A DNA stretch of 64,000 nt, from positions 3,786 through 67,785 of the forward strand of contig JBAXUS010000003.1 of the NCBI GenBank assembly GCA_037129555.1, given 5' to 3'. Made by a program: the position numbers and the translations under genes. Within the stretch, counting starts at the first letter, position 1. Each line of letters opens with the position of its first letter. Positions 1 through 9,571 of the stretch are shown one piece after another. The notes beneath the pieces were generated by a model that did no database searches, was not told the DNA's origin, and was given only the letters and a program-made list of their open reading frames with translations. Source of the stretch: Planctomycetota bacterium. Lineage in GTDB: Bacteria; Planctomycetota; SZUA-567; H5-PLA8.

Positions 1-1
1 C

Positions 2-1105
2 GTGATCAATCTTGAGATCAATCGGGGACACATTCATTTCGACGACGACGGTGCCGAAGCGCATAAGGCCGGGAACAACCGCGTCATCTTCGGCTGCATC
101 CTGCGCAACGCCGCCGTAGCCGACGACTCCGTTCCAAATCTCAAGCTCAATCAAAAAGGCTGGCAGCGCTTCACGTCCCGGCATCACGCGGCGATCGACA
201 TCAAAGCGGGCGCGAATCTTCTCGTGGCCAACAACCGCATCCCGCAATCCGGCGATGACAATTTCACGATGAAGGGCTACGTGATTTTAGACACCAAGAA
301 AAAAGAGACAGTGCTCGACGGAATCGTGTTTGATTACGACAACCGTCCGGGCATGTACGTGAACCATTACGGCATCGGCGGGCCCGGCGGACAGGGGCCG
401 GACGGCACACCTGAAACGCATCCTTACGGCTTTCGCAAAGGCATCGTGATCCGCGATAATTTCATCTTCAACACCGGGCGACTCGGCATCAGTTTTTGTG
501 GAGACGGCGTCCAGTGTCTCAATAATATGGTGCGCATTCCCGACGACATCTGGCGGCCGACCGTCACCGGAACAGTCCTCACGACCGGCTCCGCCACGAA
601 CGACAATCGCGCCGTCGAAATGCGCGGATGGCGCTGGCTCGTCGATGGCAACGACTACATCGTCCATCGCAATTGGGCCTTTGAAAAGAAGCACAAGATC
701 AATGACGGCGAAGGCCTGATGCACGAGGATCATGTCAATTCCACCATCAAAGACAGCGTCCTCACGAACAACCGGGGCAACACGTATCTGTCGTTGTACA
801 AAACGGCGGGTATCGACGGATTGAGAGTTGAAGGCAACGACATCCGCCTCGGCGACGGTCGGCAAACCATCGCCAACGGCACCGCGATTTTCGTCAGCGC
901 GGACCGGACGAAGGACCGCTTTCCCATTCGAAACGTCAGCATCATCAAGAACACCGTCCAGTTCGGCGGGATACTTCTTTCGGGCGATCCGTCTGAGAAA
1001 AATGAAATCAAAGGCAACAAGAATGTCGGTGAAACCGCAGTGCCGATGATGTTAAAAGCCAACGCCGATGTCGCTGACAACTCCGGTTTTGACCTCAAAA
1101 AATAG
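2..1105 (+). CDS. Right-handed beta-helix (pectate lyase-like) repeat protein, 5'-truncated by the window edge
   Basis: Repeated short beta-strand/Asn-ladder motifs (IVIRDNFIFN, VQCLNNMV, WLVDGNDY, LRVEGNDI, VSIIKNTV); the frame is open from the window start. Confidence 0.6.
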   Translation: MINLEINRGHIHFDDDGAEAHKAGNNRVIFGCILRNAAVADDSVPNLKLNQKGWQRFTSRHHAAIDIKAGANLLVANNRIPQSGDDNFTMKGYVILDTKKKETVLDGIVFDYDNRPGMYVNHYGIGGPGGQGPDGTPETHPYGFRKGIVIRDNFIFNTGRLGISFCGDGVQCLNNMVRIPDDIWRPTVTGTVLTTGSATNDNRAVEMRGWRWLVDGNDYIVHRNWAFEKKHKINDGEGLMHEDHVNSTIKDSVLTNNRGNTYLSLYKTAGIDGLRVEGNDIRLGDGRQTIANGTAIFVSADRTKDRFPIRNVSIIKNTVQFGGILLSGDPSEKNEIKGNKNVGETAVPMMLKANADVADNSGFDLKK

Positions 1106-1156
1106 ACGTAGTAAGTTTCACTCCTTTCTCGAATCAACACGCTGGAGATCGCTCGA

Positions 1157-3517
1157 ATGAATCGTCAAAACGCGGTACTGAGTGCAGTCGGATTGTTTGC
1201 GTTAATCTCCGTCCAGGTACACAGCGCAGACGCCGCTGCTGAAGGCCCCAAATTTTGGAAGGACATCCCCGAACGCGCCGAAGTTCTCAACGCCACTTTC
1301 CTCGGCGGAAAGGGAAATGAGTGGCTTGTCGCTGGTGGGTTTCAGCCGGACGGGGCAGTCGTCGTCGTCGGAAATGTGCTGGGACCGGTGTTTGAATTGA
1401 GTGTTCCTACGTCCGTGATTGGAACCGATTTGCCGCCGCCTCCCGCGACCAAGCGAGTTCCAAAAATGTCCGGCGGTAAGGACTCGAAACAAGAGACCGA
1501 CAAGAAGACTGGCGAACCGATTTGGGAGAAACCCTCCTGGAAACATGAAGGCACCACCGGCTTCGTCGCGCGCTTGAGCAGCGATTTGAAAACGATCCTC
1601 TCCGTCACGCGTTTGCCCTGGGGCAGCGGCGCACTGACATCAGCGGCCATCGGGAAAGATGGATCGATTTATATCGCCGGACGAGCCAGCGACTCGATCA
1701 GCAGCATCGGCGGAAACGTTGAGGAATTGAAAGTTGAAGTGGACGCGACGCGCAAAGGCGGTGGCTGCGAGCACACGTTTGTCGCTAAGCTTTCCTCAGA
1801 CGGAAAAAAAGCCGACTGGCTCCGCCATATGCGCGGATTCTCGGATGCTCCACGTGTAACACTTACTGAAAGCGGTGCACTGAATTTCGCGGCGCAGGAC
1901 CTGCGTGTACTTGATACCAAAGGAAAATTGCAGCAGACCATTTCAGTCCCCGGCGGCATGAACGAAAAAACGTCCGTCAGTCCGCTCGATGGCAGCATCG
2001 TGAAAGGTGGCGAACACCACTGGCCCACCGGTCGCGAACCCTATCGCTGCCCGACGCTGAATATCCACAAGCCGGACGGCTCGTTAAACTATCAGTTCTA
2101 CGATTGGGGCGGCCCGTACATCGGTCTCGACAACCTGCGCCTGGAATCCGACTCCGCCGTCCGCGCGGTCACACACGATAAGGACGGAAACATTTTTATT
2201 TACGCTTGGTCCGACGGCGGGAACAGCGTCATGAATTTCGAGCCCAACGACGTCCGAAAGCAAACCACGCCGCGCGGCCTCGGCTTGACCACGGCGGGCG
2301 CGGGCGTCTTAAGTTGCGCGTACCTGATCAAGCTTGAACCGAAAGAATACAAGGCCATCGGTTGGACACTTTGGCTCGCGTTCAATCACAACAAACCCAA
2401 CAGCGTGTGGATCGGCGCGCTCGGATACGCAGGCGACGGCTCGGTCTGTTTCGGTGGCGTCTCAGCGAACGGGTTGTGGCAGACGACGAATAAATTGACC
2501 GACGCGCCAGCCGCTGGAAACTACATCACGGTGCTCACGCCGGACATGGGCGGGGTGCGTTTTTGCTCGGTGATCCCCGGAGCGGGTGCAACCGAAATCG
2601 GCAACGATGGCCGGCAGAATTGGGGCATCGCGTCAGGCGTGGTCAATGGAAAACAACGCGCGTTGTTCGTCAGCGGTGCGGTCGCCGACGAAGAGAATTA
2701 CGGCGTGAAAACGAAGACGCCCGTTAAGAATGCGCTGCAATCCGACTTCGGCGGCGGGATGTCGGACGGGTATATCGTGCTCCTCGATTTGTCGACTGGA
2801 GCGCCGGAGATATCAAAGCCAGCAGCCGCACCAGCCGCGACTGTGCCCGGCCCGAAACCGACCGCTGCAAGCTTCGAGATTGGAGCCATTACAAAAGTCG
2901 GCAAATCAAAAGGGACGCCACTCGTTCCCGCCGATGGGACAACATTTCATGTCAATCCGAACGTTCCAAAATGGGTCACGGTTGACGCTGAATTCCGTGA
3001 CCGAGATGGAAACTATTGGCCGACGTTCATGTCCGGGAAACCGGTCAGTGGTGAACTCCTTTTCAAAGCCGGACAACTCGAGCCGACATTCACCGTCGCA
3101 TGCTCGACCGTCTGTCAACCGCGCGGGGATCAAAGCCGCAGAATTCTCGGTGAATTTGTAAAAGGCGAGCAACCGCCGAAATTCGAATTCACATTGAATT
3201 CGCTGGGCCCGGCGAAGACGCACACGGTCACAAGCGTGGACCGGAAAGGCAACCCACAATCCCGCACATTCACTTATTACGAAGGTCAAGGCACGCTCGT
3301 GCTTGGCGACCGAAAATTGCCCGTCACGCCGCGCGTGACACTCACATATCACGGCCCGAAAGAAGGCGGAGTCGACACCGTGAACCTCAACGCATGGATC
3401 ACCCTTCCGGGCAAAGAATTGGGCCTGACCGCACCGGGCACAGCTGGCGATATCGACATCCGCATCGGCATGAGCGGCACGGTGAACACCGAGAATCCGC
3501 CCAAGAAAAAGAAGTGA
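1157..3517 (+). CDS. Secreted beta-propeller (SBBP-like) protein with C-terminal beta domain
   Basis: Signal peptide (…VQVHSA-DA), SD GGAG upstream, propeller-blade motifs (ATFLGGKGNE, DGSIYIAG, FVAKLSSDG, DKDGNIFI, FGGGMSDGYIVLLD), Pro/Ala linker. Confidence 0.6.
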   Translation: MNRQNAVLSAVGLFALISVQVHSADAAAEGPKFWKDIPERAEVLNATFLGGKGNEWLVAGGFQPDGAVVVVGNVLGPVFELSVPTSVIGTDLPPPPATKRVPKMSGGKDSKQETDKKTGEPIWEKPSWKHEGTTGFVARLSSDLKTILSVTRLPWGSGALTSAAIGKDGSIYIAGRASDSISSIGGNVEELKVEVDATRKGGGCEHTFVAKLSSDGKKADWLRHMRGFSDAPRVTLTESGALNFAAQDLRVLDTKGKLQQTISVPGGMNEKTSVSPLDGSIVKGGEHHWPTGREPYRCPTLNIHKPDGSLNYQFYDWGGPYIGLDNLRLESDSAVRAVTHDKDGNIFIYAWSDGGNSVMNFEPNDVRKQTTPRGLGLTTAGAGVLSCAYLIKLEPKEYKAIGWTLWLAFNHNKPNSVWIGALGYAGDGSVCFGGVSANGLWQTTNKLTDAPAAGNYITVLTPDMGGVRFCSVIPGAGATEIGNDGRQNWGIASGVVNGKQRALFVSGAVADEENYGVKTKTPVKNALQSDFGGGMSDGYIVLLDLSTGAPEISKPAAAPAATVPGPKPTAASFEIGAITKVGKSKGTPLVPADGTTFHVNPNVPKWVTVDAEFRDRDGNYWPTFMSGKPVSGELLFKAGQLEPTFTVACSTVCQPRGDQSRRILGEFVKGEQPPKFEFTLNSLGPAKTHTVTSVDRKGNPQSRTFTYYEGQGTLVLGDRKLPVTPRVTLTYHGPKEGGVDTVNLNAWITLPGKELGLTAPGTAGDIDIRIGMSGTVNTENPPKKKK

Positions 3518-3627
3518 GCATGATGGCGGTGAAGACGGCCCTGTGAAGTCTCTGCAACCCGTCTTGTACAATCGCTCCGTCTCTCTTAAGATGCGCGGAT
3601 TCGAGTCCGGTGTACACAGCACAGCGT

Positions 3628-6351
3628 ATGACCATTGAACCGTCCGACGACCATTTCGCGCAGCACCTGTTGCACACCTGCGCCGTCAGCTCCGAGCAAC
3701 TTGAAGCGGCGGAGGCTGAGCAGGCCATGCTCTCAGCCAGCGGCGAGACTATGCCGCTGTCGCGGGTGCTTGTGAAACAAGGTGTCCTGACGCAGGAGCA
3801 AGTCGAGCACGTCGCCGACTCCATGCCCGCAGGACAGCAGCAGAGCATCGGGCATTTTAAACTGATTCGAAAACTTGGCGAAGGCGGCATGGGTGCCGTT
3901 TATCTTGCGGATGACACGCTTGTCGGCAGGCAAGTTGCGATCAAAGTACTGCCCAAACGCTACGCGGGCAGCGCCGATTTTCTCTCCCGTTTCCGACGCG
4001 AGGCGAAGTCCGCCGGGCAGCTCAACCATCCCAACATCGTCGCCGCGTACTCGACCGGCGAAGATCGTGGCATCCATTATTATGTGATGGAATATTGTGA
4101 CGGCGATCCGCTCGACACGCTGCTGAAACGCGCAAAGCGTTTGCCCTGGGACAAGGCTATCGATTATACGTTACAAGTCGCTCGCGGCTTGAAACACGCG
4201 CACGACAAACACATCGTCCACCGCGACATCAAGCCCGGCAACATCTTCATCACGAGCGCGGGCGTCGCTAAAATTCTCGACATGGGCTTGTCGAAAAACA
4301 TCAGGGATTCCGAGCAATCGTTCAACACGGTCAGTGGCACCGCGCTGGGAACACCACATTATATTTCGCCCGAGCAGGCCAAGGGCGAACGCGAATTCGA
4401 CGGGCGCTCCGACATCTATTCACTCGGTGCCACGCTCTATCATCTTGTCACCGGCGAGACCCCGTTTCAGGGCGCGACGCCTGCGATGGTAATGCTGAAA
4501 CATTTGAACGATCAGCTCCCCAATCCGCAGGACGTCAATGAGGAGATTCCCGACCCAATCGTGCAGGTCATTCGCAAAATGATGGCGAAAGAGCCGAGCG
4601 ATCGTTACGGAAATTGCGCGCAAGTCATCAGCGATCTGGAATTGGCCGCAGCCGGGAAAATGCCTGAACACGCGGATGTTGATGCTGAAAAAACGAGCAT
4701 CGGCATGCGCGCGCTTCGCAACCGCAAGACTATCGCCTCGCGAAATCCCGGGGCGAAGATCAATGCGAACACCGTCGCGACGATCAAAGAAACATCGCGG
4801 GCGCTTGTGATTGCCGGTGGGGCTGCCGCGGTCATGATCATCGCCATCGTCGGCTATTCCCTCTATGGTATGAAACGGCATGAGCGCCCCGGAACGGTCA
4901 TCGCGACAACGCCTGAAACCGTCCCGGCACAGACTGCGCTGATCGAAGCCGTCGCAGAAACCAAACCCATCACCAATCCCGACGAAAACACACTATTGTT
5001 TCAAGAGGATTTTAAGAAGCTTGATTTGAACAAACTGCGACCGGGCATTGTTGCGTTGTCGCGCGAGAAATTGTCGATTGAGAAACTGCCCGAACGCGAC
5101 AGCGTTTTAAAGATCTCGACGGGTCCAACGGATAAGGGTTTGGAAGCGGGGTTGAAGATTTCGCTCGACGTCAAAAAGATTCGCGGCCGCACCATTCTCG
5201 CGACGGTTCAAGTCGCGTGCCCAAAGGGGTTCGTACCATTCCACGACGCGCCCAACCACCGTCCAGCCCTTCTTTCCGCGGTCTTTGAAAAGGGTGGAAA
5301 ACGGTCGGATCATGTGATGTATTTGCAACGCGATGAGAAGGAATGGAAGCAACTCGTCCGCCTCGTGAAAGTCCCCGACGACGCGCAATCGCTTCAATTT
5401 TTTATCAAGACCACCGACTTGCAAGGCGATGTGTTTGTTGATGATTTCAGAGTTGAAGTTGTTGCGGAAGACAAGCCCTCTACTGTTGCCGCATCAACGC
5501 CAGTCGTTAAATCCTTCCCGGTGATTGCACCCCCCATTGATGATCCGGCACATCGCGAAAAAGGCCCGACGAAAAAGCGCTTCACGTTTCCAGACGATCC
5601 ACGCATAAGAACTGATTTGGCGACTGTGTCGTCCGATATCCGCCCGTATCAAAACGAGTTCACCCTCTTCGATCTCTCGGGGATCTGTAACGCCGACGTG
5701 ATCACAACCGCGACACATGAAGCGGTGGACAGTTTCAAGGCTGACAGTGTTTCCAGTTGGACTACGACCAGTTGGCTGCGCGCGAAAGAGAAGAAAGAAC
5801 AAAAGGATGCCGGAATACCTGACGACGGGCTACTGCGCATCCCGAAATCGACGCCGCCCGGCGTGTTCTCACTGACGATGCCGCCGGCCAAAAACGCCGT
5901 CATGTTGACACCCGCCAAAGGTCGCTTTCCAAAGCCGGCGGTGCTGCAATTACCTGCGAATCAGCGCGAGAAGTATTCTGACATCGTCGTCTTGCACGGC
6001 GGTTCCTGGGGCGACGGGCGTGTCCGCGTGGCGCTGCATTATTCGTCCGGGAAAGATGATGTCGCGTGGCTGAAAATCGAAGACTGGCACCCACAGTTCC
6101 GCCTGCCGCTCGCGCCGCGCGAAACGGTCGCGGTTGCCACGCTCACGACTCACGACAAGCCTGCTGAAATGTGCGCTCAAGTTATTTCAGCTGACAGCGC
6201 TCGGATGCTTGAATCGCTGACTTTCAGCTTCGATCCGATCAACGCGCTCGCCGCAGAAGAAGTCCCGCACGACGATCGCTTCAGCGCCGGGATATTCGCA
6301 GTCAGCGCGTTGCCCGCAGCCAAACCCAACGCGGGAAAAATCACAAAATAG
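3628..6351 (+). CDS. Hanks-type serine/threonine protein kinase with TM helix and extracytoplasmic beta-sandwich domains
   Basis: LGEGGMGAVY, VAIK, HRDIKPGN, DMG, GTPHYISPEQ, DIYSLG; hydrophobic helix ~aa 399-420; CBM-like domain ending VFVDDFRVE. ATG 3628 chosen over GTG 3610. Confidence 0.93.
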   Translation: MTIEPSDDHFAQHLLHTCAVSSEQLEAAEAEQAMLSASGETMPLSRVLVKQGVLTQEQVEHVADSMPAGQQQSIGHFKLIRKLGEGGMGAVYLADDTLVGRQVAIKVLPKRYAGSADFLSRFRREAKSAGQLNHPNIVAAYSTGEDRGIHYYVMEYCDGDPLDTLLKRAKRLPWDKAIDYTLQVARGLKHAHDKHIVHRDIKPGNIFITSAGVAKILDMGLSKNIRDSEQSFNTVSGTALGTPHYISPEQAKGEREFDGRSDIYSLGATLYHLVTGETPFQGATPAMVMLKHLNDQLPNPQDVNEEIPDPIVQVIRKMMAKEPSDRYGNCAQVISDLELAAAGKMPEHADVDAEKTSIGMRALRNRKTIASRNPGAKINANTVATIKETSRALVIAGGAAAVMIIAIVGYSLYGMKRHERPGTVIATTPETVPAQTALIEAVAETKPITNPDENTLLFQEDFKKLDLNKLRPGIVALSREKLSIEKLPERDSVLKISTGPTDKGLEAGLKISLDVKKIRGRTILATVQVACPKGFVPFHDAPNHRPALLSAVFEKGGKRSDHVMYLQRDEKEWKQLVRLVKVPDDAQSLQFFIKTTDLQGDVFVDDFRVEVVAEDKPSTVAASTPVVKSFPVIAPPIDDPAHREKGPTKKRFTFPDDPRIRTDLATVSSDIRPYQNEFTLFDLSGICNADVITTATHEAVDSFKADSVSSWTTTSWLRAKEKKEQKDAGIPDDGLLRIPKSTPPGVFSLTMPPAKNAVMLTPAKGRFPKPAVLQLPANQREKYSDIVVLHGGSWGDGRVRVALHYSSGKDDVAWLKIEDWHPQFRLPLAPRETVAVATLTTHDKPAEMCAQVISADSARMLESLTFSFDPINALAAEEVPHDDRFSAGIFAVSALPAAKPNAGKITK

Positions 6352-6373
6352 GACGGGCTTTTAGTCCGTCCTA
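6349..6373. repeat. GTAG-family REP palindrome between convergent genes (possible bidirectional terminator)
   Basis: TAGGACGGGCTTTTAGTCCGTCCTA; same family at 16278-16300 and 61697-61751. Confidence 0.75.
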
Positions 6374-6380
6374 CTTTGTC

Positions 6381-6911
6381 TCAACTCAAGTGACAATACA
6401 GCACCGCGCTGAGCGTCTTTGCGTCGCGGATTTTTCCGCTCGCGATGGCCTTGCGCAATTGCTCGGGCGAGAAAGGAATCGGCGGCTCGATGTGCTCGTC
6501 GTCATCTTGCTCAGCCGTCGCGGGTTTCAAATCCCACGCTTTGAATACGTGAATCACTTCGCTGCAATATCCCGGGGCGAGCAGCACCGCTCCGAGCTTC
6601 TTCCACTTCTTCGCCGCGAAGCCTGTTTCTTCGATGAGTTCGCGCTTCGCGCACGCCAGCGGAGCCTCGCCTTTTTCCAGCGTTCCGGCGGGGATTTCGA
6701 CGAGCCAGTCGTTTGCGGCCGGGCGGAATTGTTTGATCAACAGCACGTTGCCGTCCGCGTCAAATGGGATGATCGCCACAGCACCGGGATGATAAATTGT
6801 GTGCCGCTGAAACATGCCTCCATCGGGCGCCTGCCACTGCTCATCGTGGACGGCGAAGACGCGCGCTTGAAGTACTTTTTTGCTTTTCACCAGTTTGATT
6901 TTGCCTGCCAT
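6381..6911 (-). CDS. NUDIX hydrolase (ADP-ribose pyrophosphatase-like)
   Basis: Nudix box GTLEKGEAPLACAKRELIEETG; HPGAVAI, QFRP, EIPAG and IRDAKT motifs; SD AGGAG. Confidence 0.9.
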   Translation of the reverse strand: MAGKIKLVKSKKVLQARVFAVHDEQWQAPDGGMFQRHTIYHPGAVAIIPFDADGNVLLIKQFRPAANDWLVEIPAGTLEKGEAPLACAKRELIEETGFAAKKWKKLGAVLLAPGYCSEVIHVFKAWDLKPATAEQDDDEHIEPPIPFSPEQLRKAIASGKIRDAKTLSAVLYCHLS

Positions 6912-7072
6912 AAAAACTCCTGAAATTGAGGGTTAACGTTCGGACGAGTTTAAAGCATCCCGGCGAATTCGCAAACGGGACCGATGGCGGCGACATGGGT
7001 TCATGCAATTTTTGTGGAGCACGTTGAAAATATTGAACGATGCACTAATCTATTTTATCTTCCATTTCGATC

Positions 7073-9082
7073 ATGACTTCGGCGCGCGAGACGATGACCA
7101 CAGCCAACTGCCCCACTTGCGGCGGACCCATTGAGTTCAAGATTGGCTCGTCGTATCTTGTTGTCTGCCCGTATTGCAAATCCGCCGTGGCTCGGACGGA
7201 TCGCGATCTCAAATCGCTTGGCACCGTCGCGGAGCTCGTTGAAACTGATTCGCCTCTTGCCATCGGACTCGCCGGAAAATTCAACGGCACATCCTTTCAA
7301 TTGACCGGCCGTGCGCAATTGCGCCATGCGATGGGCGGCGTTTGGGACGAGTGGTACGCCGCGTTCAGCGACGGGCAGTGGGGCTGGCTTGCCGAGGCGC
7401 AGGGCCGCTTCTACATCTCGTTCGAAAAGCCGAAGCAAACGCTCCCGGATTTCAGCAAACTCATCATCGGCCAAAGCGTGCCGATGCTCACGCCGCCATT
7501 TGTCGTATCTGAAAAAGGAACCGCGAATTACGCCGGTGCGCAAGGCGAAATCCCATACGCGCTGGTCCCGGAATCGCAATTGATTTACGCCGATTTGAGC
7601 GGCGACAACGGCGCGTTTGCCACGATCGATTACACGGACTTCGAGCCGGTCATGTACTCCGGCCGCGAAGTGACGTTGAACGAATTGGCTCTGGATGCCG
7701 GTGCCGCGCAATTACCCACCGCGAAGAAAACGCCAATCACAAATCTCGGTTGTCCGAATTGCGGCGGTGCGTTGAACCTCCTCGCACCGGATGCCACGGA
7801 ACGTGTCGGCTGTCCGTCCTGCGGTTCGCTGATCGATTGTACCCAGGGCAAATTCACGCTGCTGAAAGCGCTCAAAACGGTGGGTGAGAAGCCGTTGATT
7901 CCGCTCGGTTCGGAAGCTGAATTCGAAGGCACCAAGCAAATCGTGATCGGGTTCATGAAGCGCAGTTGCATCGTTGAAGGCGTGAAATATTTTTGGGCCG
8001 AATACCTTCTCTATAGCAAGTCGCTCAGTTTCCGCTGGCTGGTTCAGAGCGACAATCACTGGTCGTACGTGAAGGCGTTGCAGACGTCTCAAGTCCGCGA
8101 GAAAGGCAAAATCGCGTACTATTATGGCAAGTCGTTCAAGCGCTTTCAAGACGCACAGGCCGTCGTTGAATCGGTGCTCGGTGAATTTTATTGGAAGGTC
8201 ACTGTCGGCGAAAAAGTCTTCGCCAGCGATTTCGTTTGCGCGCCTCAGATGATCTCGAGCGAGCGAACGAATTTCGGCAAAGAGGGCGGCGAAATTGCGT
8301 GGTCCCTCGGTCAGTATATTACGCCTGAAGAAATCGAAACCAAGTTCAAGCTGAAGGCATTGAAACGCCCGACGACTGTCGGATCGTGCCAGCCCAATCC
8401 GCACCAGGGTTGGGGCCTGCGCTGGTTGGCCGGACTGGCCGCCGTGATTGCGTTGCTTATTGTGTTTTTAAGCATCAGTCCCGACCGCACCATCTTCGAT
8501 CAAGACGTGAAACTCGAAATGGTCGTGCCCGAAAAACCTGTCGTGACGCTCGTGCCGGGAATTCAGGACATCCCGACGACGCCAACGCCAGCGCCGCCTG
8601 CTGAATCCACAGCCGAAGCCGGCGCGGTGTGGTTGAGCGAGCCGTTTGAATTGACCGGAAAGCAGAAGTTCGCGCTGAGTGTCAAGACGACTTTGAACAA
8701 CGCGTGGATCGCGGTGGATGGCGCGTTGATTGATGAAACGAACGGACAGGTCCAGCCCTTCGATGTGAATGTCGAATATTGGAGCGGCACTGATGAAGAC
8801 GGTAGCTGGTCCGAGGGCAGCCAGGACGGATACATCTATCTTCCCGCGCAACCGCCGGGCAAGTATGTGCTGCGGCTCGAAGGCCATTGGGAGCACATGA
8901 ACCAGCCGCAGACGGTGCATATTAAAGCTGAGCAGACGTCGATTGATCCGGTGTTTTTGTTCCTCGCGTTGTTCTGCGTCTCGCTCATTCCCGGCATCAT
9001 GTTGATCACGAAATTCATGTTCGAAAGCAACCGCTGGAGCGAAAGCATGTACGGTTCCAGCAGCAGTGGCAGCGACGATTAA
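7073..9082 (+). CDS. DUF4178 domain protein (two zinc-ribbon + DUF4178 units, C-terminal membrane-bound domain)
   Basis: CPTCGG…CPYC and CPNCGG…CPSCG zinc ribbons; DUF4178-type WDEWY…WLAE and WAEYLL…WLVQ motifs; two TM helices near the C-terminus. Confidence 0.85.
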   Translation: MTSARETMTTANCPTCGGPIEFKIGSSYLVVCPYCKSAVARTDRDLKSLGTVAELVETDSPLAIGLAGKFNGTSFQLTGRAQLRHAMGGVWDEWYAAFSDGQWGWLAEAQGRFYISFEKPKQTLPDFSKLIIGQSVPMLTPPFVVSEKGTANYAGAQGEIPYALVPESQLIYADLSGDNGAFATIDYTDFEPVMYSGREVTLNELALDAGAAQLPTAKKTPITNLGCPNCGGALNLLAPDATERVGCPSCGSLIDCTQGKFTLLKALKTVGEKPLIPLGSEAEFEGTKQIVIGFMKRSCIVEGVKYFWAEYLLYSKSLSFRWLVQSDNHWSYVKALQTSQVREKGKIAYYYGKSFKRFQDAQAVVESVLGEFYWKVTVGEKVFASDFVCAPQMISSERTNFGKEGGEIAWSLGQYITPEEIETKFKLKALKRPTTVGSCQPNPHQGWGLRWLAGLAAVIALLIVFLSISPDRTIFDQDVKLEMVVPEKPVVTLVPGIQDIPTTPTPAPPAESTAEAGAVWLSEPFELTGKQKFALSVKTTLNNAWIAVDGALIDETNGQVQPFDVNVEYWSGTDEDGSWSEGSQDGYIYLPAQPPGKYVLRLEGHWEHMNQPQTVHIKAEQTSIDPVFLFLALFCVSLIPGIMLITKFMFESNRWSESMYGSSSSGSDD

Positions 9083-9097
9083 GAAAGGCGAAAACTG

Positions 9098-9277
9098 ATG
9101 ATCAAATTTTATTGGCTTTCAACCGCCGGCACGCTGGCGTTGTTCGGTGCGGCGACGATGCTGGGTTGGGGTTTCGCTCCCGTGCCGCGCGAAAAGTTGC
9201 CGGCTGACGCGCGGACATCGCCGGGCGGCTATCGCTCATTTCATTTCTGGCATTCAGGCTTAAGAGGAGGGAAGTAA
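9098..9277 (+). CDS. Small (59 aa) membrane protein with C-terminal GGK, not in the ORF track
   Basis: Translated by hand: MIKFYWLSTAGTLALFGAATMLGWGFAPVPREKLPADARTSPGGYRSFHFWHSGLRGGK*. Purine-rich SD (GAAAGG) upstream; fills the gap between the DUF4178 and DUF350 genes; its 3' end supplies the DUF350 SD (GAGGAGG). Confidence 0.8.
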   Translation: MIKFYWLSTAGTLALFGAATMLGWGFAPVPREKLPADARTSPGGYRSFHFWHSGLRGGK

Positions 9278-9280
9278 CCG

Positions 9281-9505
9281 ATGGACAGACTTTACAAGAT
9301 ATTTATTGATTTTGCTGAAAACGGTTTTAAATCCGCATTGTACACGCTGCTGGGCATCATGCTCTTTGCGCTAACGTACTGGGTCTTCGGCAAGATGTTC
9401 CCGATGCACAAGGAAATCGAAGAAGACCAGAACACGGCGCTGGCGATTTTGATGGGGTCGGTGATGCTCGGGATTGCGATTATTATTGCGGCGAGCATCC
9501 ATTAA
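9281..9505 (+). CDS. DUF350 (YjfL-like) small membrane protein
   Basis: Two TM helices and the family motif EIEEDQNTALAILMGSVMLGIAIIIAA; strong SD. Confidence 0.88.
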   Translation: MDRLYKIFIDFAENGFKSALYTLLGIMLFALTYWVFGKMFPMHKEIEEDQNTALAILMGSVMLGIAIIIAASIH

Positions 9506-9532
9506 GTTTCACTTCTAACGTCATTCCGTCTG

Positions 9533-9561
9533 GCCCTCTTCGCGTTCACGGTGAAGAGGGC
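9533..9561. terminator. Hairpin between convergent genes
   Basis: GCCCTCTTC-N11-GAAGAGGGC inverted repeat; no clear U-tract. Confidence 0.5.
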
Positions 9562-9571
9562 TCGCGAGCCA

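Noticed and set aside
3590-3625. tRNA-like T-loop motif (TTCGAGTCC)
   Set aside because: No cloverleaf stems could be formed around it.
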